Shown: positions 8,700 to 16,660, numbered from the stretch's first letter. The stretch is DNA of 24,000 bases from Shewanella sp. KX20019 (GCF_016757755.1 NZ_CP068437.1:761588-785587); one strand, 5' to 3'. Program-made: numbers and translations. Notes: generated by a model not told the origin, from the sequence alone.

Positions 8700-9121
8700 G
8701 TTTAGTAGGTATTAATGCCTATATGATTGATAATCCATTTAATCTAGTGGCCCCTATTAGATCAAACTTTTAATGCAATTGGTATTACTTAAATCCTCCT
8801 TAGGAAGAGTTGTCTCTATGTCAGGTTATATGGCACTGCGCATGAAGGTGTTTAGGAGTAGTTTTAGAAGTATGATGTCCTTATCAATCCGATAAATTTG
8901 CTAGTCATCCATGTTTCAAAACAACAATCGCATATTAGGGGGGGAAGCTTTTAAAAATCAATAGGGAGAGTCCGCTTATATTTGATTGCAAGGAGTCACG
9001 TCTTCAGTGTTATAGCTGAGCACAAATAAACAGTCGAGATAGTGCTTAAATGTAATAAAGCCTCTTGGTTGATGTTATAAGCGGCTCCTTGATACGCCAT
9101 AATGGGGCTAGTCGTTAGATA

Positions 9122-9715
9122 CTACGCAACTAACTGAGTCCTGCTAGCCAAAACTGCATCCACGTCAATCCAAAGAGCGACTGAGCGTTCAACTCCAATT
9201 TGCATCGACTTGCCTTTCCCCATTCGTCTTGATGGTATCTCTAGTAACCTAAGAATTCTTTCACATGCAAGGGTAGTGACTAAGACGTAATGTTTGATGT
9301 TATTTTCAATAGCGAAATCAAAGAATGAATTAACTAAGTCCGCTGTGGATGAGGTCACTAGGCTCGTGCCTGCTTGTCCATCACCTTTTTGAATTGCAAA
9401 GCGGCTAATTTCCCACACTTCTTTATTTTGAGGTGCTAGCTCTCCTTGCAGTAGTTCTGGGAATACATCTTTCAACATATATTTTCCTTGAGTAGGGAGA
9501 GCTCTCCAGCAGCCTATGACTTCATCATTGTCGTTGGTCATCGCGATATGAGAAACTTCAAGCTGATCAAAACTGTCTCGTTCAAGGCCATTTGTAGTGC
9601 TTACTTCCCAATCAAGTCTTTGTTTAAAAGTTTGTTCACGTAATTTAAAAATTCTGTTTAACACTGGTTGATTAGTCTTTATATCGCTGTTTTTTAGGAA
9701 TGTAATTTTTTGCAT
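9122..9715 (-). CDS. luxI: LuxI-family acyl-homoserine-lactone synthase
   Basis: The 245-aa ORF in the track is over-extended. ATG 9715 (MQKITFL...) follows a GGTGGA SD and gives 197 aa. LuxI signatures are present: RxxxF..LxW, ERDSFD, GCWRALPT and VWEISRFA. Confidence 0.85.
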   Translation of the reverse strand: MQKITFLKNSDIKTNQPVLNRIFKLREQTFKQRLDWEVSTTNGLERDSFDQLEVSHIAMTNDNDEVIGCWRALPTQGKYMLKDVFPELLQGELAPQNKEVWEISRFAIQKGDGQAGTSLVTSSTADLVNSFFDFAIENNIKHYVLVTTLACERILRLLEIPSRRMGKGKSMQIGVERSVALWIDVDAVLASRTQLVA

Positions 9716-9790
9716 AGTATCCACCTGAAGGTTCCGAAGACATGAGCGAAGATATGAACTTTTTAGGAACGCTATAACTGTCAGTTCTAG

Positions 9791-9810
9791 CTGTGTCAGA
9801 TCTGACAGGT
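9791..9810. promoter_or_regulatory. lux/tra-box-like operator in the divergent luxI / orf306 intergenic region
   Basis: CTGTGTCAGATCTGACAGGT contains a perfect 14-bp palindrome TGTCAGATCTGACA (9794-9807). It matches 13/20 positions of the V. fischeri lux box ACCTGTAGGATCGTACAGGT and shares the CAGATCTG core with the tra box. The centre lies about 85 nt from the luxI ATG and about 73 nt from the orf306 ATG. Confidence 0.5.
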
Positions 9811-9873
9811 AACGTCTTTGAGCAGTTTTGTCTAAGCTAACGGTAAGGATTAATTGCAAGTTGAAATAAGTAT

Positions 9874-10794
9874 ATGAGTGCTCAATTACATAGTTTTTCC
9901 TCCCAAACGCAGGTGGATAAAGAACTGTTGTTCATATTTGATAAGGCACATTACCTATCTAAGAGAGCTGGGTGGGCATGGTCTTTGATTCGAAATGGTC
10001 GACGCGTTAATTCTGGTAGCGGTATGTTCGGATATCCAGCAAGTAACTTACATATTCCGGTTGATGAAACTTGCAACCAAGGAGCGTTATATCTGTCATC
10101 GCCACCTCATGCTGGATTTATTACATGGGACGAACTACTGCCAAATTTAAAAGCTGCAAATATCCTTGAGGTAAATATTCCAAGCGTGCTGGAGGGAAGC
10201 ATCTCACTTGATGACAGTCGGAGGCAACAGGCTGAAAATGGGATTGAAATTTTTTGCCATGAAGTAAAAGGAATAGGTAGTCAAAGTTACTATGGGGCTT
10301 ATTGCTTAAAAATGAAAAAACGGCCCTGGATTACTTGTGTTACGGCTACTGGCATAGGAGGAGGGAATGTTGATTTATCGAATTTTTATGATGAGTTTGG
10401 ATTCAAACAAAGGGTAATTGGCAAAATAAGAGGTAGTCATGCACTCATTATTGATCCAAGAATTAATTGCGAAGTCTTTAAGAAAATCAGGAACGTAGCA
10501 GGCTGTCGTCTACAGACTCATGAATATGAAAGTATTGAGGGACTAAAAGCATTCCTTAGGGGGTTAGAACTAATGGATCTGTCTACAGTCGTTGCGATAG
10601 TCCATCACGATCTCTACCAGACAATGCTTAGTTTGGGCTTGATTGACGAGTTATCAATAAGTTACGAGTTGATGAGTTTGTGCTCAAACGTACAGAGCAC
10701 ATTTACTATACTAGATTATAAAGATTGGCAAATAACAGAATGTAGCCCTTTAAGTTCGGGTATAAATGTTGAATTTATTAATAAGCCATTTTAA
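9874..10794 (+). CDS. Hypothetical 306-aa protein between luxI and luxR (possible degenerate RibD-like fold, speculative)
   Basis: Long uninterrupted ORF divergent from luxI, with no obvious SD. Segments in RibD order include GALYLSSPPHAG, ENGIEIF, KKRPWITCVTATGIGG and GLIDELSISY, but the HAE and PCxxC Zn motifs are absent. Confidence 0.55.
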   Translation: MSAQLHSFSSQTQVDKELLFIFDKAHYLSKRAGWAWSLIRNGRRVNSGSGMFGYPASNLHIPVDETCNQGALYLSSPPHAGFITWDELLPNLKAANILEVNIPSVLEGSISLDDSRRQQAENGIEIFCHEVKGIGSQSYYGAYCLKMKKRPWITCVTATGIGGGNVDLSNFYDEFGFKQRVIGKIRGSHALIIDPRINCEVFKKIRNVAGCRLQTHEYESIEGLKAFLRGLELMDLSTVVAIVHHDLYQTMLSLGLIDELSISYELMSLCSNVQSTFTILDYKDWQITECSPLSSGINVEFINKPF

Positions 10795-10812
10795 TAAAGA
10801 GGAGAAGGTTTT

Positions 10813-10846
10813 TAAGCCCCTAAAATAGTAGACACTCATAGAGTAA
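10813..10846 (+). mobile_element. Solo IS3-family terminal inverted-repeat remnant
   Basis: taagcccctaaaatagtagacactcatagagt aligns with the inner part of the left IR of the intact IS3-family element at 18336-18369 (taagcccctagaacagtagacacttcatagagt). There are 2 mismatches and a 1-nt indel. No transposase gene is adjacent. Confidence 0.55.
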
Positions 10847-11109
10847 TTCTTATCTAACACTAGTTGCGCAGATTCAAGTTTGAACTCTGCACTAAAAAGC
10901 CTTCTTGTACGTTTTCATAGTGTCACTTGTTCACTTATGAGGTGATGATATCACCTCTAACTAGGTGGCCAAATTCACTATACTACTACATACCCTTATC
11001 AAGATTACTTCTTATATTATTTAGCTTTTCTAACAGCAGGGTATGCGTGTGCGCTTGCTGTTTACCCGTAAGGTAGGTAACTTATGGGATGTTAGATTGA
11101 TTTTCAAAC

Positions 11110-11868
11110 ATGGAGCAAGAGTACATGGATAGTAATGTCTTTTCTCAAATTCTACAGAATTTGGAGTTTTTAAAGTCGGCTGAACAACTGAAGACAGCTT
11201 GCGAAGAGTTTTGTTTACTGCTTGGTATACCCTACTATTTAATGGGGATCGTATCCCCTGATTCACTGAATTCCCCTTCTATGAATGTCCTGAGTAATTA
11301 CCCTGAAGAATGGCTTGATAGCTATTTCAAACAGAATAAGCAGAAGGATGATCCCGTCGTAGCTTATATGATGAATAAGCATGCACCGGTTGAGTGGAAC
11401 CAATTACTTCAGCTTAGCCAGTTTAATAATGCACAGAGTCAGAGTTTCATGTTGGAAGCTAAAGAGTACGGTTTAAAAAATGGTCTTAGCATTCCTATTC
11501 GCTCTTCGTTGGGAAAATTTGCAGTGTTTAGTTTAGCGATAGATGATGATAGTGAGGCGGGAAAACGCAAATTAAATGACATTTTGCCTTTCGCACATAC
11601 ATTCGGAGTGAATTTATTTGAAAGGCAAATAAATATAACCTCAGAAGAATCAATAGCAGCTAAATTGACGAATAGGGAGACTGAATGCCTATTTTGGGCA
11701 TGTGAAGGGAAAACCGCCTGGGAGATCTCTCAAATAGTCGATATTACCGAGCGCACGGTTCTATTTCACTTAAATAATTCAACTAAAAAGTTGGGAGCCA
11801 CAAATCGGCAGCATGCTGTTTCTTTGGCTATGCGCTATGGAATAGTGACTCCTAACTTGAGAACGTAA
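11110..11868 (+). CDS. luxR: LuxR-family AHL-responsive transcriptional regulator
   Basis: 252 aa. The N-terminal autoinducer-binding domain has conserved W..Y...D-P (WLDSYF..KDDPVV), W (VEW) and G (GLKNGLSIP). The C-terminal GerE/LuxR HTH is LTNRETECLFWACEGKTAWEISQIVDITERTVLFHLNNSTKKLGATNRQHAV. ATG 11125 (GGAG upstream) is an alternative start. Confidence 0.9.
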   Translation: MEQEYMDSNVFSQILQNLEFLKSAEQLKTACEEFCLLLGIPYYLMGIVSPDSLNSPSMNVLSNYPEEWLDSYFKQNKQKDDPVVAYMMNKHAPVEWNQLLQLSQFNNAQSQSFMLEAKEYGLKNGLSIPIRSSLGKFAVFSLAIDDDSEAGKRKLNDILPFAHTFGVNLFERQINITSEESIAAKLTNRETECLFWACEGKTAWEISQIVDITERTVLFHLNNSTKKLGATNRQHAVSLAMRYGIVTPNLRT

Positions 11869-12013
11869 AGGAAACAAAAGGTTTAATTTACAGATTTAGA
11901 CTTTATTAATTTATTGGCTTTACTTTTATCTTCATAAATGGGTTTATAGCCTAATTTAGTTATATTATTAGTCACTCTGTACTTTGTGTTAATTTATACA
12001 GAATGAATGGTTT

Positions 12014-12042
12014 AGCTCACTTAAACCTTATTTAAGTGAGCT
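12014..12042 (-). terminator. Perfect 12-bp hairpin overlapping the stop codon of the ABC gene (possible end of the lan operon)
   Basis: agctcacttaaa (12014-12025) pairs with tttaagtgagct (12031-12042) around a 5-nt loop. There is no U-tract on either strand. It lies in the convergent luxR / lan-operon spacer. Confidence 0.4.
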
Positions 12043-13620
12043 GGAAATAATAAGTCCATTTCCTGAAATGGTAATGCTGGTATCGAATATATCAGCAAAT
12101 CGCTCTCCCTCATGCATTATCATCATCAACGAAGCACCTTTGGTAAATGTGTCTATTAATTGGATGATAGAGGCTTTACTTGCATCATCTATGTTTGCTA
12201 ATGGCTCGTCAAAGAGGTAAGTTTTTGCTGGCTTTAATAAACATATTGCAATTTGACACTTCTTTTTTTGCCCTTCAGATAAAGAGTCATACTGTGATTC
12301 TAAGCAGTCTTGTAATTTCAGTTCATTTACTAATTGGTCAACCTTATCTTGGCTTTGGTACTTTTCGGCTAATATACTGAGGTTCTTGCCTATACAACCT
12401 GGTAATAAACCGAAAGGATAAAGTGAAGCACTGATATCTTCTAGATTTTGTCCCGATATCTTCCCGCTATTCGGGTGATAGAAACCGGCAAGTAAATTAA
12501 TAAAAGTGCTTTTGCCTGAACCATTAGGCCCACGTATGATTGTTCTATTCGACGCCTCAATATTAATGCTGACATTGTCAAATATCGATTTCCCTTGATG
12601 TTCATATGCAACATCAGTCATTTTTAGACCTGCGTGAGGTAGCCTTTTTTTAGGAGATATCGCTGCCTCATATTTGAATATTCTATACCTAGTGACGAGA
12701 GTATTTAAACTTGCTAGCTGAGGTAAGATAGATGATAGCTGTTGAACTGCATTGATAATCATTGAAAATGCACGTGTTAGTGCAAATAAAGAGCCTATTG
12801 TAATGATGCCTGTAATAACCTGAAAACCTGCTACAACCATTACTGATAATTCAGCGTACGATAGGAAGACCGAGCTTATAGAACGGTACATACTTGAGTA
12901 CTTAACGCTCTGATAGCCTGCGTCAAGAGGTTGCTCTAAGCCATGTTTAACCTCTCTAGTGGCAGTGCCGTCTAAGCTATTTAATTTAACTAATTTGAAG
13001 CTATCAATCACAGTAGATAGAATTGATTTGAATTCAGCTTCAGATTCATGGAGTTTTTCTGTTACGACACCGATCTTTCCACTAAACTGACTTGCAAGTA
13101 AGTAAAGGATAGGCAAGATTATGACTAGACCCAAAGTGACCTTCCAGCTAATCCAGACTGCGACGCCAATGCCTGAAATAGCGACAACAACCCCAGTAAG
13201 CATTGATACTGCTGTATCTACCACTGTCGCCAGATGTTTAGGTTCATCATGGATTCTGGATATATAGTACCCTTTACCGTTCGAATCAATCTCTTTACAG
13301 TCCTGTAAGTAATAGATGGAGGTGAGCTCGATGCTCATTTGCTGCTGTAAGTTATTTTTAACTTGCTTACGCAGTAAAGAGGTAAAGTAGCCAATTAACC
13401 TACCAGCGGTAACAACCCCTGTAACGGCCAACGAGAGAATGACAAAGTAGCGCGTATTTCCATCTGTAATGGCATCAATTAGATATTTTATAGCCATCGG
13501 GTCCAAGATTGTAAAGACGACGGCTTGTAAAATACTTAGTGTAAAAAGCAAGCTAAGTTTAACCTTTTGCGGGTAAAGTAATTTATAGATCTCTTGCAGA
13601 TTCTCTTTGCTTATTGACAT
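12028..13620 (-). CDS. ABC exporter, fused permease-ATPase half-transporter (no C39 peptidase domain)
   Basis: 530 aa. The N-terminal half is hydrophobic with about 6 TM helices. Walker A is GPNGSGKST, the signature is LSEGQKKK and Walker B is YLFDEP. The start lies 13 nt after the LanKC stop, indicating an operon. Confidence 0.85.
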   Translation of the reverse strand: MSISKENLQEIYKLLYPQKVKLSLLFTLSILQAVVFTILDPMAIKYLIDAITDGNTRYFVILSLAVTGVVTAGRLIGYFTSLLRKQVKNNLQQQMSIELTSIYYLQDCKEIDSNGKGYYISRIHDEPKHLATVVDTAVSMLTGVVVAISGIGVAVWISWKVTLGLVIILPILYLLASQFSGKIGVVTEKLHESEAEFKSILSTVIDSFKLVKLNSLDGTATREVKHGLEQPLDAGYQSVKYSSMYRSISSVFLSYAELSVMVVAGFQVITGIITIGSLFALTRAFSMIINAVQQLSSILPQLASLNTLVTRYRIFKYEAAISPKKRLPHAGLKMTDVAYEHQGKSIFDNVSINIEASNRTIIRGPNGSGKSTFINLLAGFYHPNSGKISGQNLEDISASLYPFGLLPGCIGKNLSILAEKYQSQDKVDQLVNELKLQDCLESQYDSLSEGQKKKCQIAICLLKPAKTYLFDEPLANIDDASKASIIQLIDTFTKGASLMMIMHEGERFADIFDTSITISGNGLIISSSLK

Positions 13621-13633
13621 GAATATACCCTTA

Positions 13634-16297
13634 TTAGCCTAAGTCATGTAACCAACGAGGCTGTCCATCAACGAGCCTCTGCAGAAACAACCCTATACCT
13701 GAAGAACCAAACGCTAAATCAGTGGATAAGCGTTGTGCAAATTTACCCGGATAGATATGGCCATTAGGTTTTTCGATTGAAAATTGCATTATGCTATCCG
13801 CGATATGACGAGCTGACTGTAGGTAAATTGGATCCTTAGTTGCTCGATTAATATCCAGTAATAACTCCCCTAATCCAGCTAGTCCATTAAAGCTGCCTTG
13901 CTCTGCGGAATATCGAGAAAAATTATTGGTCGCCAAAGGTTGTAATAAGTTGAGATAGAAAATGGATTGGGTAACTTCATAGAATCGAACTATCACAGCG
14001 CCAATCCCAGCTGCGCCAAACTCCCAGTAAGGAAGGCGTTGGTCGCTATCGGATGTTTCTCCCCAGCTCAGAGGGTTTTTAGCTTCTAAGCCAATATTGA
14101 TATCATAGCGTATGGCATCTTCAGCTTGCTCTAAGGTGTCTTTGGAGCCGTTGAACTTATAAAGCTGTAACAGAAATAGTGCTATGCCTGAGCTACCATG
14201 TATTAGACCTATATGCTCTTTACTGTCATCTTCTTGCGGGTATCGTGTGCCACTGGAGCTGGCAATACTCATACTCTCAAGTCGACATGCGATATCAGCA
14301 GCATATTCCAAATAACTGTCATCATTAGTTTTCTTGTAAACTGAAAGTAACATGAACCCAATACCCGCTAAGCCATATCCAAAACTGCAGCATTGATTCA
14401 ATAGCGGGGATTGAATACTCTTTCGGGCTAAATACTCGGCTTTCTCTAGTCGCCCAATCTCAATTTCTGCCAATGCCATACCCGCAGAACCAACTAATAT
14501 CCCCGGTGCGACATTGGTTTGCATTGCATTATCTATTTTATCTATAAGGTGATTAGGTACCGTTCTTCCTGCGCGGGTGAGCATCACTGCTGGTCCGTAG
14601 TAGCCGTATGCAATGGCATTTTTATGTAAGTCGAAGGCTCTGTAATCTAGAGGAACGAAGTTTTTACTCGTCTTACGTTCAACTCCTGTTTCAATAAAGC
14701 GGGCAATCTCGCTAACTTCATGCTGGATCTGTTTGTCGTCGAATAGGCTCGGAGTCGAGGGTAATATCTTGTATGGTTGCGCATGCTTTTCAGCTATTTG
14801 TGGTTGGAACTGCTGCGCTAAGGTGAAAACTAGTTTTTTCGCTTCTAGATGCTGACTATTGGCAAGAAGTTTAATGACCTCGCTAATACGAGTATCTAAT
14901 TTACAATCTTGTTCTAGCTTAGTTAATAGTTTCCAGCAAATGGGTTTATGGAGATCGAAAAAATTTTGAATGGGTAATATCATGCTATAAAGCACCATTG
15001 AAAGAGCATACCAGTCACCCGCAAACGTATTGCCGTTTTTAAGCAGTAAGTCATAATCACTAAAGCCTGGCGTTGTCAGCACCGGAATATTTTCTCTGTC
15101 TATCACAACATTCTCATGATCCAATTTGTAAGAGCCATCAAAGTCTATGAAGCGAATAGTGTGTCTTTCTCCATCAACCATAATATTATTTGGAGAAATA
15201 TCACCTAATACTATGTTTGCATCATGTGCGACTTCAATTGCTTCAATACAACTATTAGCGATCCAAGCGAACACACCTTTGAATCGCTCAGCAGATGCAC
15301 TCGTTCCTGTAAATGGCACTAGAGTACATTCATTACTGGCTCTAAATTGCCTTAATGTGATCCCCGTTACAAACTCTTCAACAAGGAATGAGTGCTCCCA
15401 CTCAAGAAACCAATCGATCGCTTTTGGAAAGTACTGACAATCTTGCAGTGCCTGCAAAGTGTCGTATTCGTTTTGTAGTACTCTTTCGGCATAGACGCTG
15501 GCCTTAGTCATAGAGCGAAAGCTGATATTAGGGCGAGCTTCCTTTATAACCACTTCTGATTTTGTCTTTAGATCTAGGGCTTTATATACACCTCCACTAT
15601 TTGAAAATGCCAATGCCTCGAGTATTTGATAGCGTTGTTTTAGGGGCGTGTTGGTTTCATTTATTGGTAGTGGTTCGGGAAACGGTTCAGCAATCCAATC
15701 TGGTAATTGATAGAAGGGTGTTCGAAGATCCTCCGTGAGCAGTCCGGTGTTATTTTTGATGCAAGCGACTGATTTTCCGCTTACTTGAAGCTTGGGTAAA
15801 AGTAAAAATCCACCATAGCGATAGTGAACTACTTGACTATCTTTGTATCGTTTATCTGACAGTATATAGGGGCCACTGTTGGCTTCTAGAGCGACGTGAA
15901 GTGCGTCTATTAGCGTACGAAAAATGGCATTATTCTGTGGATATATTGTAATCAGCTTTCCTGCACTGCTACGCGAACATGACTTTGAATTCATATTCCC
16001 AGCAATATCTTTGCGACAAATAACTTTAAATGCAGTTCCATACTTTATGCAACAAGCGACTGTTTTTTCTATAACATCAATAATTTCATTCTGTACTGAT
16101 GAAATGTGTATTTTAAAGCCTTGCAAGGGTAAATTTAGAGGGCCATTTGATGCTGACAGCCAAATGCTCTTACGTGTAATAATCCAATAATCAGGCAATA
16201 ATTTTTTGATAGTATCTTCATAGAGTTCGTCGGCAGATAACTCCGTAGGGTGAGTAAAGAAATATCGATCTCCATACGTATAAAGATTATTGCTCAT
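13634..16297 (-). CDS. lanKC: Class III lanthipeptide synthetase (LanKC-type: phospho-Ser/Thr lyase + Ser/Thr kinase + LanC-like cyclase without Zn ligands)
   Basis: 887 aa. The lyase region has GFKIHISS and GKLITIYP...YRYGGF. The kinase has GGVYKA...VVIKEARP, the catalytic loop GDISPNNIMV and IRFIDFDGS. The C-terminus has six GxxG-type LanC repeats including GLIHGSSG. The WCxG and CHG Zn-ligand positions read WEFGAAG and LAFGSSG. Confidence 0.85.
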   Translation of the reverse strand: MSNNLYTYGDRYFFTHPTELSADELYEDTIKKLLPDYWIITRKSIWLSASNGPLNLPLQGFKIHISSVQNEIIDVIEKTVACCIKYGTAFKVICRKDIAGNMNSKSCSRSSAGKLITIYPQNNAIFRTLIDALHVALEANSGPYILSDKRYKDSQVVHYRYGGFLLLPKLQVSGKSVACIKNNTGLLTEDLRTPFYQLPDWIAEPFPEPLPINETNTPLKQRYQILEALAFSNSGGVYKALDLKTKSEVVIKEARPNISFRSMTKASVYAERVLQNEYDTLQALQDCQYFPKAIDWFLEWEHSFLVEEFVTGITLRQFRASNECTLVPFTGTSASAERFKGVFAWIANSCIEAIEVAHDANIVLGDISPNNIMVDGERHTIRFIDFDGSYKLDHENVVIDRENIPVLTTPGFSDYDLLLKNGNTFAGDWYALSMVLYSMILPIQNFFDLHKPICWKLLTKLEQDCKLDTRISEVIKLLANSQHLEAKKLVFTLAQQFQPQIAEKHAQPYKILPSTPSLFDDKQIQHEVSEIARFIETGVERKTSKNFVPLDYRAFDLHKNAIAYGYYGPAVMLTRAGRTVPNHLIDKIDNAMQTNVAPGILVGSAGMALAEIEIGRLEKAEYLARKSIQSPLLNQCCSFGYGLAGIGFMLLSVYKKTNDDSYLEYAADIACRLESMSIASSSGTRYPQEDDSKEHIGLIHGSSGIALFLLQLYKFNGSKDTLEQAEDAIRYDINIGLEAKNPLSWGETSDSDQRLPYWEFGAAGIGAVIVRFYEVTQSIFYLNLLQPLATNNFSRYSAEQGSFNGLAGLGELLLDINRATKDPIYLQSARHIADSIMQFSIEKPNGHIYPGKFAQRLSTDLAFGSSGIGLFLQRLVDGQPRWLHDLG

Positions 16298-16339
16298 AAA
16301 AGTTCCTTTTTTTAATGCACGTAATATTCTAAATTAAAT

Positions 16340-16367
16340 ACGCCGCAGTAAAGGTAATTACTGCGGC
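16340..16367 (-). terminator. Putative attenuator / partial terminator between the precursor genes and lanKC
   Basis: cgccgcagtaa (16340-16350) pairs with ttactgcggcg (16357-16367) around a 6-nt loop. On the minus strand it is followed by tatttaattt. It sits between the lanA4 stop (16421) and the lanKC ATG (16297). Confidence 0.45.
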
Positions 16368-16420
16368 GACTAAACAAATATTAGTGGAAAATTGTTTACT
16401 AATAATTGTTCACGGTTTTT

Positions 16421-16519
16421 CTAGTTTTGTTCACCGCAATGATTACTGATTGTGCTCCATTCCATTAACTCAGCATCGGAAGAACTAGTAAGCGATTGCA
16501 ATTTAAGTATGTTATTCAT
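16421..16519 (-). CDS. lanA4: Class III lanthipeptide precursor A4: MNNILKLQSLTSSSDAELMEWSTISNHCGEQN (32 aa)
   Basis: Hand-translated; not in the ORF track. AAGGAA SD. The leader ILKLQSL is ILELQ-like and the core is S-T-I-S-N-H-C. The C-terminal tail differs from the other copies. Confidence 0.75.
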   Translation of the reverse strand: MNNILKLQSLTSSSDAELMEWSTISNHCGEQN

Positions 16520-16555
16520 TAAATCAATTCCTTTTGTTGGGTATCTAGTTTTGTG

Positions 16556-16660
16556 TTAGTCTTGTCCGCGGTCGCCGCAATGGTTACTGATCGTACTCCA
16601 TTCCATTAGTTCAGCATCAGAAGAGGTGGCAAGTGTTTGTAGATTTAGTATGTTATTCAT
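16556..16660 (-). CDS. lanA3: Class III lanthipeptide precursor A3: MNNILNLQTLATSSDAELMEWSTISNHCGDRGQD (34 aa)
   Basis: Hand-translated; not in the ORF track. AAGGAA SD 8 nt upstream. Leader ILNLQTL and core STISNHC. Confidence 0.8.
   Translation of the reverse strand: MNNILNLQTLATSSDAELMEWSTISNHCGDRGQD

Noticed and set aside
9716-9859. 48-codon N-terminal extension of the LuxI ORF in the supplied track
   Set aside because: The extension has no LuxI-like sequence and would run across the lux-box region. The internal ATG 9715 has an SD and gives a canonical protein of about 197 aa.
10969-10981. 12/13-nt match (ggccaaattcac / agccaaattcac) between 10969-10981 and 20698-20710 as possible island-flanking direct repeats
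   Set aside because: It is too short to distinguish from chance, and the positions do not coincide with the apparent island boundaries.
12180-16190. Antisense ORFs inside the ABC and LanKC genes (12180-12380 +, 15147-15437 +, 15924-16190 +)
   Set aside because: They are embedded opposite well-supported long CDSs and show no motifs. They are likely shadow ORFs in AT-rich sequence.
13634-16297. Alternative assignment as a class IV (LanL) or class II (LanM) synthetase
   Set aside because: The lyase-kinase-cyclase order rules out LanM. The positions equivalent to the WCxG and CHG zinc ligands read WEFG and AFG, which excludes the LanL type. This remains subject to a proper alignment.
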